From assembly GCA_964019425.1 (NCBI GenBank), contig OZ025780.1, forward strand, positions 806,001 through 870,000: a stretch of 64,000 bases of DNA. The letters run 5' to 3'. This document shows, piece after piece, positions 24,947 to 36,140 of this stretch. This stretch comes from Flectonema sp. DT1601 (Eukaryota). The notes below the pieces were generated by a model. It searched no databases and was not told the DNA's origin. It saw only the letters and a list, made by a program, of their open reading frames with translations. Within the stretch, counting starts at the first letter, position 1; each line of letters opens with the position of its first letter. Position numbers and translations under genes: made by a program.

Positions 24947-27340
24947 ATGATTTCTAATTTCAGTGCGAGTATTTTCAGAGATCAAATTGACTCGGCTCTG
25001 ATATCCATTAAGAAGTCTCTCGATGTTAATGTTGTTCCAAAGGCTGCTGAAGATGTTCCACATTCGTATGATGATAAGTTCAAACTAGCTGAATTCATTG
25101 GTGAGTCTGGTATTCAATCCATAGCCTCTCTGTTGGAATTAGACAAAGCAATGAAATGGGCGTCCGAAGATCGAAAAACAGTCACTCTCCGTTTCTCCTC
25201 AACATCGGAATGCTCTTTCATAAAAAGTGAAAAAGTAACGATAACACCTGATTCTGAAACAATTTCTGAAGTCTCAGCGATGGGTTTTAAACTTAAATTT
25301 GGTGGAGGAAAGACAACTAAACAAGAATACCAATATAATTATTCTGTTAATTATAAATCATATCTTTTTAAAGGTGACGACGAAACCGACTGCATCCCCC
25401 TCACAGAAACAACAACCAGATGTATAACCTGTCGTTACAACACAGAAACTCCTCCTCATCTTAAGTTACACAATTCTCCACCAACAGACATCGACATCAC
25501 CTGGTTGTTTGAAGCAATGAACAAGAAGCAAACCTTCGTTATCGACAGACTGTCAAAAACAACTAAAACCCCCAGGAGAAATGAAGAAGTTGAAAATTTT
25601 ATTAAATTAACGACTTCTCTCAGAGAATGGTGTTCATCGGTGTTAGTGTTTTTTGATGAAATGTTGCAATACAAACACAAAGGAGTGTTAGTAAAAGATG
25701 AACAAATCATTGAAACAACTGAAAGATCATCAAATCTCATATTCCCAGTTCTGTACACTTCCACTGATGACGACAATATCACTCTTCCTCAGCCTGATGA
25801 CATCGTCAAAAGGCAATTACAAGATTTAAAAACTCATCTTTCTGACGTAGAGTCTTCGTATTCTGTAGACCCTAATCAACAATCTCAACTGTTTTCTAAT
25901 AACGAAGCCCATCATAAAACAGTTTTATTATTCTTGTCACGTCTTTGTGTTCAATTAGAGTCTTGTTTTGACTATCTAGAAGGGATGATTAGAACTCAAT
26001 TAATCAAAGCAATAGGTCATGACGTATCACCTGCTGATTTCGCAGAGTATATGGACTACCATTGCAGGGTTAATTTTAAAGAACAGTACAGACCTAAGCT
26101 ATTCAGCTATCCAGTTCAAGGAAGGAAAAAACATGATCCAGAAGGTGTTGTTGAGATTGAGGGGCTTCACACAATAAATAGTTCAGGTCAGATCGATGTT
26201 TCTTCAAAATTCCTACTCGATGCTGTTACAGAAATAGAACCAAATGAAGCCTCACAAAGCACTTCAAATAATGTTTTTCTTCATTCATTCTGCGCCACTC
26301 GATTCAGTGATTCAGATGTCACAAACGTGTTGAAACTGAAAGCTCGTTCCAGACAATTTTGCAGTTTTGTTCTTTTAATTGGAAAGCTTGTAGGAGAAGA
26401 TTATATCATTGACCAAGCTTTATTAATACAAAACAGAGATCAAGTTGAATTCATTCTTCACTTGGAAGATTTTAAAAGCAACAGCGAGCTCACTGCTCTT
26501 GAAAGCATCTCTCCAGAACAGAGAGAATTCGCTTTAGCTTATAGAAAGATGCAGTTGGAATCATCGTTGTTTGCATTGTCGATAATTGAGGTAAAACCGC
26601 AATTAGAAAGAGTTTTAAATGTACCTCCTGAAATACTATCTCAAGAAATAAAACTGACTCAACAGTTGATGGAGTTGATTATTAAATATAATATTCCTGC
26701 TGACTTGTTGTCTTATCCCGAGGACTCTCAACAAGCTACCAGTGAAGATGAGATCATCAATAAGGTTTCAGGTTACGTCTCAACAGTACAGAACATGCTT
26801 CGTAGATGTAAAGACCAAGCTGTGAAAGACGCGACTGAGTCAGCTTTAGCAAATGAGAATTTCGCAACTGGAAATGAGATCACCACCGTGAAAGTACCTC
26901 CTGTGATGTCATCAACATCAGGTGGTCAGATCCGAACAGCAAGTTCTCTTCCAGGAATCCTTCAAGAGACTCTCGAAAGAGAGTGTGAAGGTGTTTGTGT
27001 CAGACCAACAGGAATCATTGTTGGAAACTGTTCTCAAACTTCTCAAAAAGGTCTTCTTGGAAAACCGATTTCGTCATCACTCAGCAACTCTGATTTAATG
27101 AACAAGAAATACTCAACTCTAAGACTGCTATCTTATCTCACAAAACACGGAGTGGTACCAATCCAATACAGTACTATGCATGTGTTCATGGCAACAACTC
27201 ATAGGTTTGATAAGACACTTATGAATGTCTTAGTTCAGGATAATATAAATCCAATTACTTTGGTAGAAAGATCGGCACAACTAATCGCTGCAGCCATTCA
27301 CAACATCCAACCAAATGATGTTCTTATTGGCAGCCCGTGA
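24947..27340 (+). CDS. Hypothetical protein, 797 aa
   Basis: Long intact ORF with globular composition (YDDKF.LAE, KTPRRN, ARSRQFCSFVLLIG, YRKMQLESSLF). Function not assignable. Confidence 0.8.
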   Translation: MISNFSASIFRDQIDSALISIKKSLDVNVVPKAAEDVPHSYDDKFKLAEFIGESGIQSIASLLELDKAMKWASEDRKTVTLRFSSTSECSFIKSEKVTITPDSETISEVSAMGFKLKFGGGKTTKQEYQYNYSVNYKSYLFKGDDETDCIPLTETTTRCITCRYNTETPPHLKLHNSPPTDIDITWLFEAMNKKQTFVIDRLSKTTKTPRRNEEVENFIKLTTSLREWCSSVLVFFDEMLQYKHKGVLVKDEQIIETTERSSNLIFPVLYTSTDDDNITLPQPDDIVKRQLQDLKTHLSDVESSYSVDPNQQSQLFSNNEAHHKTVLLFLSRLCVQLESCFDYLEGMIRTQLIKAIGHDVSPADFAEYMDYHCRVNFKEQYRPKLFSYPVQGRKKHDPEGVVEIEGLHTINSSGQIDVSSKFLLDAVTEIEPNEASQSTSNNVFLHSFCATRFSDSDVTNVLKLKARSRQFCSFVLLIGKLVGEDYIIDQALLIQNRDQVEFILHLEDFKSNSELTALESISPEQREFALAYRKMQLESSLFALSIIEVKPQLERVLNVPPEILSQEIKLTQQLMELIIKYNIPADLLSYPEDSQQATSEDEIINKVSGYVSTVQNMLRRCKDQAVKDATESALANENFATGNEITTVKVPPVMSSTSGGQIRTASSLPGILQETLERECEGVCVRPTGIIVGNCSQTSQKGLLGKPISSSLSNSDLMNKKYSTLRLLSYLTKHGVVPIQYSTMHVFMATTHRFDKTLMNVLVQDNINPITLVERSAQLIAAAIHNIQPNDVLIGSP

Positions 27341-27816
27341 GGATCGATTTTCTTCTTTTTTTTTTTGACTTATTTTTTTCCCCCACCTTGATAACACAGT
27401 ATCAATTTACCCCCTTACTTTGCTTGTTTTTGCCGTTACCACCCTAGCCCAGAAGTAGGAGTCAAGTTTGCGTCTCCATTTCGAACTACACTTCATTTCT
27501 AAAAGTTATTTATGGTGTTGTTTTTTTATTAAAGCTCTTCTGGCCTTGCCTTTTGTACTACTCAAGAGAAGAAACCCGAGGGGGAGAAAAAAAAAAGAAT
27601 CGAAAAAAAAAAAAAAAAAAAAGAAGGAAAACCTCTAACAATACCTTACTTGATAATAAAACAAAAAAAACAAAAAAAAAGTATTTCACTAATTCGACCG
27701 TTCGAAGTGTTCACAGTTGTCGGATTAAATGAAATAATTATTTATTTTTTTTTGTGAAGAATACAATCAAAAAAAATAATGAGATAAAAAGAAGGCAATC
27801 TTTTAACTTATATTTG

Positions 27817-29181
27817 ATGGGATCAGATCTCAGTGTAAATTCATGGCCACCAAAGGAGGCTACAATTAAAGGAGAAAGACAAGACAATAACAACAAATAT
27901 CGTGAATTGAGAAAACAAGCTGCGAAGTTCGAAGCAGCTCACAAATCGTTAATTGCGGAGGCAGAGAAATATGAAAAAATTACATCAACTGAGAAAACAG
28001 CGACTCCAGAACTTGATGAAGATGATAACGAAGAAGACTCATCAACAAGTAGAACTCCGAGTAAAGAAGAAAGTGAAAATCAATTATCTGAAGCTGGTAG
28101 TGCAACATGTGAATCAAAACAAGAATCTGATGATATCAATCAAGACGGGGATGTTGAAGAAAGTCAATCAAGTGACCCAAACGCTGAAGAAAAGATTACT
28201 GACTGGCTTCAGGAACTCGTAGATGATAACGACATCGTATTCGTCTCAAAACAGAATTGTCCATTCTCAGCTGCAGTTAAAAAGATTTTAGCAATCGCAG
28301 AAGTAGACTTTGAAGAAATAAAATCTGATTCACTTGAAGAAGAGAAGTGTTTTATGTTACTTCAGGTCATTGAAGACACTTGGAAACGATTTGGACTTCC
28401 AGTTCTGTGGATCTCACAATCGCCAACTGACACAAACGAACTTCGTCAGATGGTTGAGAATGGAACCCTCGCAGCTATTCATAACAAACAATTCATTCGA
28501 AAAATGCACGCGGAGTTAAAAGACGAAGATGAGGAACTTATCGACGAAGTTGAAGACGAGGAATCTTCTGAAACGACCGAACCCGTTGAGGAAGTTACTC
28601 AAATAGAAATCTCACCATCGATGTCTCACCTCAGACCGAATCCACCACTTTGTGTTGAAAGGTCTACTTCGTTACTTGCTGTTGATCTTACGAATGTTTT
28701 TGTTGAAATTGGTGCTAATAAAATAGTGGAACTCTGTACTGCATTTGTCGAAGGTCTGACTGACGATACTGAAATAATAAATATTTATATAAAAAAAGGA
28801 TTCTCACGTCGGAAAATTGTTCAAAAGCTTTCTGGGTTTCTTTGTGAACGTTTTGGTGGTCCAGAAGGTGTGACTGACCAGGCAGCCACTCAGGGATGTC
28901 CATCAATTCTCTGTTGTCCTGCGATGCTTGTGATGAGACATAACCATTTGGAATTGTCTGCAACAATAAGTGCTCGTTGGTTATCTGTTATGATATCAGC
29001 GATTAACTCAACAATACCATCTCATGTGGCTCCGCTACTTGAACAGTACTTTCGAGAGACGATAAAATTATTTCACTCACACAATACGACGGATGACGTT
29101 ATCAAAAACAAAGACGCTGATCACTCTCCGAAAACAAGTCCCCGAAGTACAAAGAATTCCCCGAGAGCTGCTGTCACATAA
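27817..29181 (+). CDS. Glutaredoxin domain fused to a truncated (2/2) globin domain
   Basis: Grx: IVFVSKQNCPFSAAVKKIL..LPVLWI. Globin: VFVEIG..IVELCTAF..KLSGFLCERFGGP..LVMRH..ARWL. First ATG at 27817 gives MGSDLS. Confidence 0.75.
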   Translation: MGSDLSVNSWPPKEATIKGERQDNNNKYRELRKQAAKFEAAHKSLIAEAEKYEKITSTEKTATPELDEDDNEEDSSTSRTPSKEESENQLSEAGSATCESKQESDDINQDGDVEESQSSDPNAEEKITDWLQELVDDNDIVFVSKQNCPFSAAVKKILAIAEVDFEEIKSDSLEEEKCFMLLQVIEDTWKRFGLPVLWISQSPTDTNELRQMVENGTLAAIHNKQFIRKMHAELKDEDEELIDEVEDEESSETTEPVEEVTQIEISPSMSHLRPNPPLCVERSTSLLAVDLTNVFVEIGANKIVELCTAFVEGLTDDTEIINIYIKKGFSRRKIVQKLSGFLCERFGGPEGVTDQAATQGCPSILCCPAMLVMRHNHLELSATISARWLSVMISAINSTIPSHVAPLLEQYFRETIKLFHSHNTTDDVIKNKDADHSPKTSPRSTKNSPRAAVT

Positions 29182-29298
29182 TTCTTCATATTTACACTTA
29201 TCTAAATCGTTTATGGTTTTTTTTTGTTCATCAAATTACTACTATTTGTTTTTATTTATTTTTCTTTCATCATCAGTGCGTAAAGCATCTCACACACA

Positions 29299-32200
29299 AT
29301 GAAGGAGGGCAATGCTACCTCTTCATCTACCCCGAGAAAGATTCTCTCAGGTAAGCACAGATTAGTAAAGACAGGACTGACTGATGAGGAAATTATTAAT
29401 AAGGAGCTTCGAGTTGTTAATTCAATAGTCGATTATCCGAAGGTTTGGATTGGAAGTTGCACAATACTCTTCTTAGTCCTCACTGTGATTGGTTTTATTG
29501 TAGTCGGATTGGAAGTTAGTGGTGAGGAAATAGCTTCTCGATATGATTGGAGAACTGAGAGACGTGATGCTGTTCACAGATTAAAAGAAACGATTGAAGA
29601 ACAACCAAATGGAATTAATAAACCAAACACACCTCGAGAGCTACTTAGAACTGAAGAACTATCTTCGTATAATTTTATTTATGAAAATGACAATGAAAAC
29701 GTCTTCACTGTTGCGATTGCTCTCTTTATGAAACTAACTGAAGATCGACTTCTAAATGACCCAGAGTTTAGCAATCATTGTTTAGTTCAATGGTTTCCAT
29801 CAACAGCCAACTGTCCAGGTCAAGACTGTCCTTGGTATAGAACAAATTGGGACTATACTCTTGACGCAGTCATGAGTGATGGGTCAAAATTAATTTGTTC
29901 TCCTCCAACGTCACTCGCATACTATTTTTACAACACTCGACTGGCTGTTAATACTCCTGTCGTACAAAATGGAGAGTCTTATTATGTTGAATGCGATCTC
30001 ACAAATAACTACGATTGGTGTGTTCAAAATGCTACTCCAGTCTACCTCACTCAACTTGTCAACAACAAGACTTCAGAACAGAATTGGGCTGATATTGAAG
30101 CTGGAGGAGTTGAACCTACTCAGCTACAGATCACCGCTTATGTTGCATATGCTGCGAGGGCGAGAAACGAATTAGTTTGGTTGAATATATTTTTTGATAA
30201 AACTTATGGAAATCTTCCAAAACCAGAAACCTGTACCTCAACCAGAAGTAAAATTGATTTCGGAGGTCCTCGAGAAAGAGTTGACCCACTTAAATACAAG
30301 TCAACCAGATGTCAGCTACAAACAACAACATCGTTATGTGAAGCAGTGGTTGGATGTGTTTGGACTGAGTACGGAGGTATCACAATGGACATAGCAGCAT
30401 GTCAGCCAAGTCAATATAATTACGTCAGTGCCTTACCTCAAGGCGATATCAACGAAGATCAGATTGAAGACTTCATAAAGTGGGCGAAGGATTTCACGTC
30501 TTTCTATGAGGACCTCGATGGCCCAGATACGAATTTATATTTCTTCGCCAGCGGTGTTCTGTTTGACAGATTCTTAGAAATCATCGCCAGAGATGCGCTT
30601 CTCGCAGTGATCTCATTCTTGTTTGTGTATCTCTACTTACAGATTCACACTGGTTCTTTCTTCTTAGCAACACTCGGTATGATTCAAGTCATAATGCCAT
30701 TTCCAATGGGGTACTTCGTCTATAGAGTTGTGTTTGGAATCACCGCATTCTACGGCCTGTCGTCTCTGGCGTTGTATATCGTTCTCGCAATCGGAGCTGA
30801 TGATATTTTTGTTTTTATGGACAATTGGGTTCAGGCTGGTGTTCGTCCACGTCCTGACAACTGCACCTACATAAAAGGTAGAATGGCTCATGCTTGGAAG
30901 ATTGCTGGTACTACGATGGGAATCACTTCCATGACTACGATGGCTGCTTTTATCGCAACGATGACATCTCCACTTCCTGAGATCGGACTTTTCGGTTTGT
31001 TTGCAGCTATTTTAATATTTTTTGATTACTTGTTGGTGATGACGTTTTTTGCTGCAGCAGTTGTCCTTTACCATCGTAACTTTGAAAACACCATCGGATG
31101 CTGCTGCTGTGGGAATACTCTATTAGGCTCATGGTGTAATTGCTGTACTTGTTTTACCACAGTGTTGAATGATGAGGATCACAATAGAGTTGTTTCAGGT
31201 CCAGAAATGGAAACGTCATACTCAGACGAGATAAAAATTCCTCCTCGTCCTGATATAAAATGTTTGGAAACTATTTTAGTTGAGAAGCGAAGTTATGAAA
31301 CTATTGAAGAAGCTCGTGAGAAATTAGGAAATTTACTCGATCTGAACATCTCAAAGGAATCACTTCCATCACTAACTGATGATTATAAAGAGAAACTTCA
31401 TGAAGCTGTTCTCATGGATTCAACTTTTAAGTATTCTCGTGGTGTTGGAATAGTTCTTCTTATTGTAGCAGTCGTTCTTTATGTGACTGGTTTTGCAAGT
31501 CTGCAAAGTGATCGGACCCCCGGGTATGACAATGTACTCTCATATGGAGTGATAGTCGTCATCGGTCTTCTCGTTTTTAACTGTTCGATGAACGCTTTCA
31601 GAACTGCTAATGATAGACGGGTTGAAATCGAAGGAAAAACACCCTCAGCAACCAACTTTATAACAACCCACTTAGCACCATTCTTATCAGGTACGAGTGG
31701 TATTGGAAGTCACTGGTTCGTTAGAGTACTACCTGGAACCGTATTAGTTGGTATTTGGATCGTGTTTGTTATTCACGCTTTGAAATTAGACTACACCAGC
31801 AAGAGTGAACAATGGTTACCAGATTGGCATGACTTACAGAAATACATGGACTCGTCAAGGGAAGACTTCGTAGCAACAGACACGGAGTTTGTTCAAAGTG
31901 TTCAGGTAGTGTTTGGGGTTGATGTTCGCAACCCAATTGATAGGTCAGGAACTGATGAATACGATCCAAGTGATAGAGGTCAGACTATCTACTCCCAATG
32001 GAATACCAAGCAGTCGGATTTATCATCTGAGGAGTTTCAACAATTCTTATTAGGATTCTGTGATCACATCCTTGAGACTACCATCACTAACAATCTTCCT
32101 CTCCAAAGAGTAATGATCAACGCTCCTCCTGATCCAAGACAAGGTCTTGGTGATCAGAACTGTTTTATGAGAGGTCTGAAAGATCATGTCGAAAAATCTG

Positions 32201-33228
32201 GAAACGTTTTTCCAATTCCAATAAGTAATTATTTATCTACAGTATGGGATTTCACAAAGGGACAGTCAGGAATGAAACAAGGACTTGCTCCACATCAACG
32301 ATTCTACGACAAGATTCTGTTCAAGTTTGACAACGGACTTGAGGAAGACCCGACTGGAGTAGAAGCAGTTCTGATTGAGTTCAACACAACTTTGAAAGAA
32401 TTCGGCAACGCCTACGACGACATCACTGACTGGTTTAATGCCTGGGAGGGTTACATGGATGGGATAAAGTCTTATGAATATAACTACACACACAACTACC
32501 CAGCTGCTTCATCAGTATGGTCTTCTCGTATTCTTCATTCGTCACATATTTGGGTTTGGATGAGAACGCAATACCTCCTCGTGAGTGGAGCGATCACTGG
32601 AACACTTGTCAGTTTAGGACTTGCGACTTTTATAATATTCCTAGCGACTCTTAATATTCTGATCGCTGTATTCGTACTACTTGAGTTGTGTGGTGTTGTT
32701 GGATGTACTCTTGGGCTTACTTATTTATTAGGATGGGAATTAGGAATGATTGAATCAGTCAGTATTACTGTTCTAGTTGGGCTATCAGTCGATTACGTAG
32801 TACACTTCGCAGTTCATTATGGACACGTCAGAGTCAACACAAATGATGATGATGAAAGTGGTCCAACAGAACGCCAACGAAGAGTTCATGAAGTAGTTTC
32901 TGACATGGGACCAACAGTTCTCGGTGGTGCAGCAACATCAATTGGAGCGTCTCTGGTGTTGGTCTGTACTTGGATTCAGTTCTTTTATAAGTTTGGAATT
33001 ATTTTCTTATTCACAATTCTGTTTTCATATCTTTGGGCGATGTTCTTCTTCTTACCTTTGATGTCTTTCTTTGGACCAGAAAAAGAGTTCCTCAGTTTGA
33101 GACCATTTCTCGCTAAGATTGCTCCAAGTTGGTTCGGAGCTCAGCAAAACGAAGGAGGAGAACAGTACATGGACAGCGTTGTGGACACTTCTCTTGAGAT
33201 GAAATCAAAAGAAGAAGGTGGTGTGTAG
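29299..33228 (+). CDS. Patched/Dispatched family sterol-sensing-domain RND protein (Dispatched-like)
   Basis: Twin TM4/TM10 motifs AIGADDIFVF and VGLSVDYVVH, plus TSMTTMAAF and GGAATS; large luminal loops. Confidence 0.9.
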   Translation: MKEGNATSSSTPRKILSGKHRLVKTGLTDEEIINKELRVVNSIVDYPKVWIGSCTILFLVLTVIGFIVVGLEVSGEEIASRYDWRTERRDAVHRLKETIEEQPNGINKPNTPRELLRTEELSSYNFIYENDNENVFTVAIALFMKLTEDRLLNDPEFSNHCLVQWFPSTANCPGQDCPWYRTNWDYTLDAVMSDGSKLICSPPTSLAYYFYNTRLAVNTPVVQNGESYYVECDLTNNYDWCVQNATPVYLTQLVNNKTSEQNWADIEAGGVEPTQLQITAYVAYAARARNELVWLNIFFDKTYGNLPKPETCTSTRSKIDFGGPRERVDPLKYKSTRCQLQTTTSLCEAVVGCVWTEYGGITMDIAACQPSQYNYVSALPQGDINEDQIEDFIKWAKDFTSFYEDLDGPDTNLYFFASGVLFDRFLEIIARDALLAVISFLFVYLYLQIHTGSFFLATLGMIQVIMPFPMGYFVYRVVFGITAFYGLSSLALYIVLAIGADDIFVFMDNWVQAGVRPRPDNCTYIKGRMAHAWKIAGTTMGITSMTTMAAFIATMTSPLPEIGLFGLFAAILIFFDYLLVMTFFAAAVVLYHRNFENTIGCCCCGNTLLGSWCNCCTCFTTVLNDEDHNRVVSGPEMETSYSDEIKIPPRPDIKCLETILVEKRSYETIEEAREKLGNLLDLNISKESLPSLTDDYKEKLHEAVLMDSTFKYSRGVGIVLLIVAVVLYVTGFASLQSDRTPGYDNVLSYGVIVVIGLLVFNCSMNAFRTANDRRVEIEGKTPSATNFITTHLAPFLSGTSGIGSHWFVRVLPGTVLVGIWIVFVIHALKLDYTSKSEQWLPDWHDLQKYMDSSREDFVATDTEFVQSVQVVFGVDVRNPIDRSGTDEYDPSDRGQTIYSQWNTKQSDLSSEEFQQFLLGFCDHILETTITNNLPLQRVMINAPPDPRQGLGDQNCFMRGLKDHVEKSGNVFPIPISNYLSTVWDFTKGQSGMKQGLAPHQRFYDKILFKFDNGLEEDPTGVEAVLIEFNTTLKEFGNAYDDITDWFNAWEGYMDGIKSYEYNYTHNYPAASSVWSSRILHSSHIWVWMRTQYLLVSGAITGTLVSLGLATFIIFLATLNILIAVFVLLELCGVVGCTLGLTYLLGWELGMIESVSITVLVGLSVDYVVHFAVHYGHVRVNTNDDDESGPTERQRRVHEVVSDMGPTVLGGAATSIGASLVLVCTWIQFFYKFGIIFLFTILFSYLWAMFFFLPLMSFFGPEKEFLSLRPFLAKIAPSWFGAQQNEGGEQYMDSVVDTSLEMKSKEEGGV

Positions 33229-34001
33229 TCCACACCTTTAGCTTTCAACCAGCTCTTACCATTCCCTGAGAGGCGGAGTATCCTTTCCTTTCATAATTTA
33301 ACTTCGTTTGTTTAGTACAATATCTTCTTCAAAAGGAAGAGATTGTCGTTTATTTTATTTACGTTTATTTTTTTTTCTTTTTAAATTATTTTGCACAACA
33401 CATCGATAATACGTAGTCTTGTTGCTATCGTTGAGTAGCAATGACACTTTTTGTAAAAAGAAGTTGTTTTTTTTTTTTGTTCCCTATTCAGCGTAGCTAA
33501 TCTATTTCCTTTGTAAGGATTTTGTATCGATGCGCACACAAAACAAAACTGACGTTGTTTCGCTTTTGTTGGTGACTAAACTCATCAACTATAGCAGCTT
33601 CTTACTCGCTGTTTAGTAAGCAATGCACTTCATTATGAAATGTTTCCGACACAGTCTTTCCTCCCCTGCTATTCTTTAGTTCTGAAAAAAAAAATACTTT
33701 TTTGTTATAATATTATTATGAGGTAGTCTCCCTTTATAGCACGACGATGGTATCGTGTCGTCGCTTTCTAACTCTAACTTGTAGCACGAAATTATTTATA
33801 TTTGGGAGACAGGACTCAGAACCTGTTTTTTTTTTTTTTTTTAAAACTAACTCCTTTCATTTATTAGATCTTGACTGACTAATAGAATGAAAAAAAGAAA
33901 AGATCAATTTGAATTTTTTTTTTAATGCATCAGCGTGTCAACTACTGAACTATTTGTTTCATCTTATCGACCCTCTTTCGATGAAGAAAATGAATGCGAA
34001 C

Positions 34002-34786
34002 TCTTTTTTTTTTTTAGAGGACGATTGAGATTAAGTCTCTTTTGTTTGAACTTGCTGTGGTAACAATGTATTATAAAAAAAAATAAAAAAAACTTCTATC
34101 CTCCTTCTACTTCCTCTCTTATTAATATAAACAAGCAGTTGTTACATGTAAAAGAAGGTTGGCGGATCGATTCAGGTCGAACTCCGTTGATTAATTGATG
34201 AATTCTGTGGACCTTTACAACCTTTAAACAATCTTCTGTTTTTGTTATTTGATTTGTTTATATTGAAGTTGAGAAGATCAATTTATTATTGTTTTCAGTG
34301 TACACATATATCGGAATGGATGAAGGGAGGTGATCCACGGATTAGATTTCCGTGTTGCAATTTTTCATTCTTTTTTTTTTTAGAGGACAATTGGCATTAA
34401 GTCTCTTTTGTTTGAACTTACTGTGGTAACAATGCAATTCGGCGCTCAACCTGTAGTACGTGGCCCCCGAATCCCCATATTCGAGCACATATGGGATTTT
34501 ATCGATACCAACTGTTGGTCTCTTTTTATTGCAACCAGGTTTGGCTGAACCCGATATTCGTTTTAGCCAGTTTCAAGTTGCTTTATATTTAATCATCGTA
34601 TCAAGTTACCCTTTCTACTTCCTCTCTTATTAATATAAACAAGCAGTTGTTACATGGAAAAGAAGGTTGGCGGATCGATTCAGGTCGAACTCCGTTCTTA
34701 ATGAAGTTTTGCCAATGGATGGGAGGAAGGTGATTCATAGATTACGTGTCCGTGTTGCATTTTTTTCATTCTTTTTTTTTTTTCAG
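34002..34786 (+). repeat. Degenerate local tandem duplication of intergenic blocks
   Basis: Blocks ~34002-34068 / 34369-34434, ~34105-34188 / 34613-34696 and ~34315-34380 / 34714-34783 are near-identical pairs. Confidence 0.8.
34462..34580 (+). repeat. Dispersed ~120-bp repeat, copy A
   Basis: CCCGAATCCCCATATTCGA..GGATTTTATCGATA.CAACTGTTGGTCTCT..TTGCAACCAGGTTT..TATTCGTTTTAGCCAGTTTCAAGTTG is shared with 60956-61059. Confidence 0.85.
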
Positions 34787-34804
34787 GTCTACTATTTCAT
34801 TAAT

Positions 34805-35896
34805 ATGGAGGATGACCCTCCGTATCACCCGACATATGTCTTTAGTGCCCCTGCTGTCGGTTTCGCACCACCAACGCTGACGACAAAATGTGATTCTGTA
34901 CAGAGATCGAGATTTGTATTTCATCTTCGAAACGTTTTTCGATTAGTAGCGACCTTTCCAACTATAATAACGTTGTTTATAGCTGAAGGGTTATTGGCTA
35001 TCTGTATATATTTTGATAAGTACGCTAGAATTCATCCGAATTTATTTTTAACTTGCCTAGTGTTCCCGTTGGCATTTTCAATTAATATTGCGTATCAAAG
35101 AAGAGAAAGAGCTCTTGACGACGTTGCGTTATTGAAATCAGCCGGTTTTGCTTGGTTTTGTCTCCATCAAGAATGGCATACAAAATTAGCTGATCCGTAT
35201 CACATGGAACTTCCATTTGATGATCTGCATCACAAGAAGTACGGTAAATGGCATTTAGATGTTACGTATGGAGTTTTGAAGGATTTATTCTCTCTTATTA
35301 GTGTTTATTTGTCAACTCCAGACACGGAGTACGGTATAAACTCAAAAAAGAAAAGTCATCGAATCAAAGGACGCAATGTCCTCCTTCAAGAGATTTACTG
35401 TAGGCTGCAAGAGATTAGTGCTGCGAATGAGAGGTTGAGAGTTGCTAGTCAGGCGGCTGCTGGGCTTCAGAATCCGTCATTTGTACAACCTCCGATATTA
35501 ACGAGACCTATTCACTGGGCGTACTTTATCACTCAGGCTTTTGAAAAGCTTCGTGGAATTCGAGACTATCGTTCTCCAACATCAATCAGATCATTTACGA
35601 AGGCACTCACTTGGATGGTTCCATGTCTTCTTGCTCCGTACTTCTCGTGGGTAGCACACGACTATCAAATTTGGGCCGCCTACTTCGTCTGTGCGTTCGT
35701 TACTATCATTCTCTCAGCTTTGAGAGATGTTCAGGATTTCGGTGAGAATCCTTTCCTTCCAATTGGAGAAGATGATATTGATAATTTGAATCTCAAAGAC
35801 TTAAATTTAAAATGGGAAACTCAAACGATTCAATCTGTGTGGCCACCTCCTCCTGAACCTCCTGCGATGTTTACAAATAACTCATTCGAGCATTAG
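34805..35896 (+). CDS. Bestrophin-like (UPF0187/VCCN-type) membrane channel
   Basis: ATG at 34805 after a TTTTCAG acceptor. LVFPLAFSINIAYQRRERA and a C-terminal GENPF resemble bestrophin-fold motifs; four TM segments. Confidence 0.65.
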   Translation: MEDDPPYHPTYVFSAPAVGFAPPTLTTKCDSVQRSRFVFHLRNVFRLVATFPTIITLFIAEGLLAICIYFDKYARIHPNLFLTCLVFPLAFSINIAYQRRERALDDVALLKSAGFAWFCLHQEWHTKLADPYHMELPFDDLHHKKYGKWHLDVTYGVLKDLFSLISVYLSTPDTEYGINSKKKSHRIKGRNVLLQEIYCRLQEISAANERLRVASQAAAGLQNPSFVQPPILTRPIHWAYFITQAFEKLRGIRDYRSPTSIRSFTKALTWMVPCLLAPYFSWVAHDYQIWAAYFVCAFVTIILSALRDVQDFGENPFLPIGEDDIDNLNLKDLNLKWETQTIQSVWPPPPEPPAMFTNNSFEH

Positions 35897-36140
35897 ACAA
35901 AAAGAGTTAACAATCTGACTTGAGAAACTGCTGCATTTTGAAAAAATACAAATAGTCCGCACAATTAGATTATTTTTTTATTTTTATTTTTGCTCCGATT
36001 GTAATAAAACTATAAACTGATGCCTTATTAGTCTGAATTGGTTCCTTCTTTCAGATTCGTTACAAAACACTTGTTTTTTTTTTTTTTTTTTCTATAAAAT
36101 TATTTAATTACTTTCAGCGATCTATTCTCACCCCGCCAAA

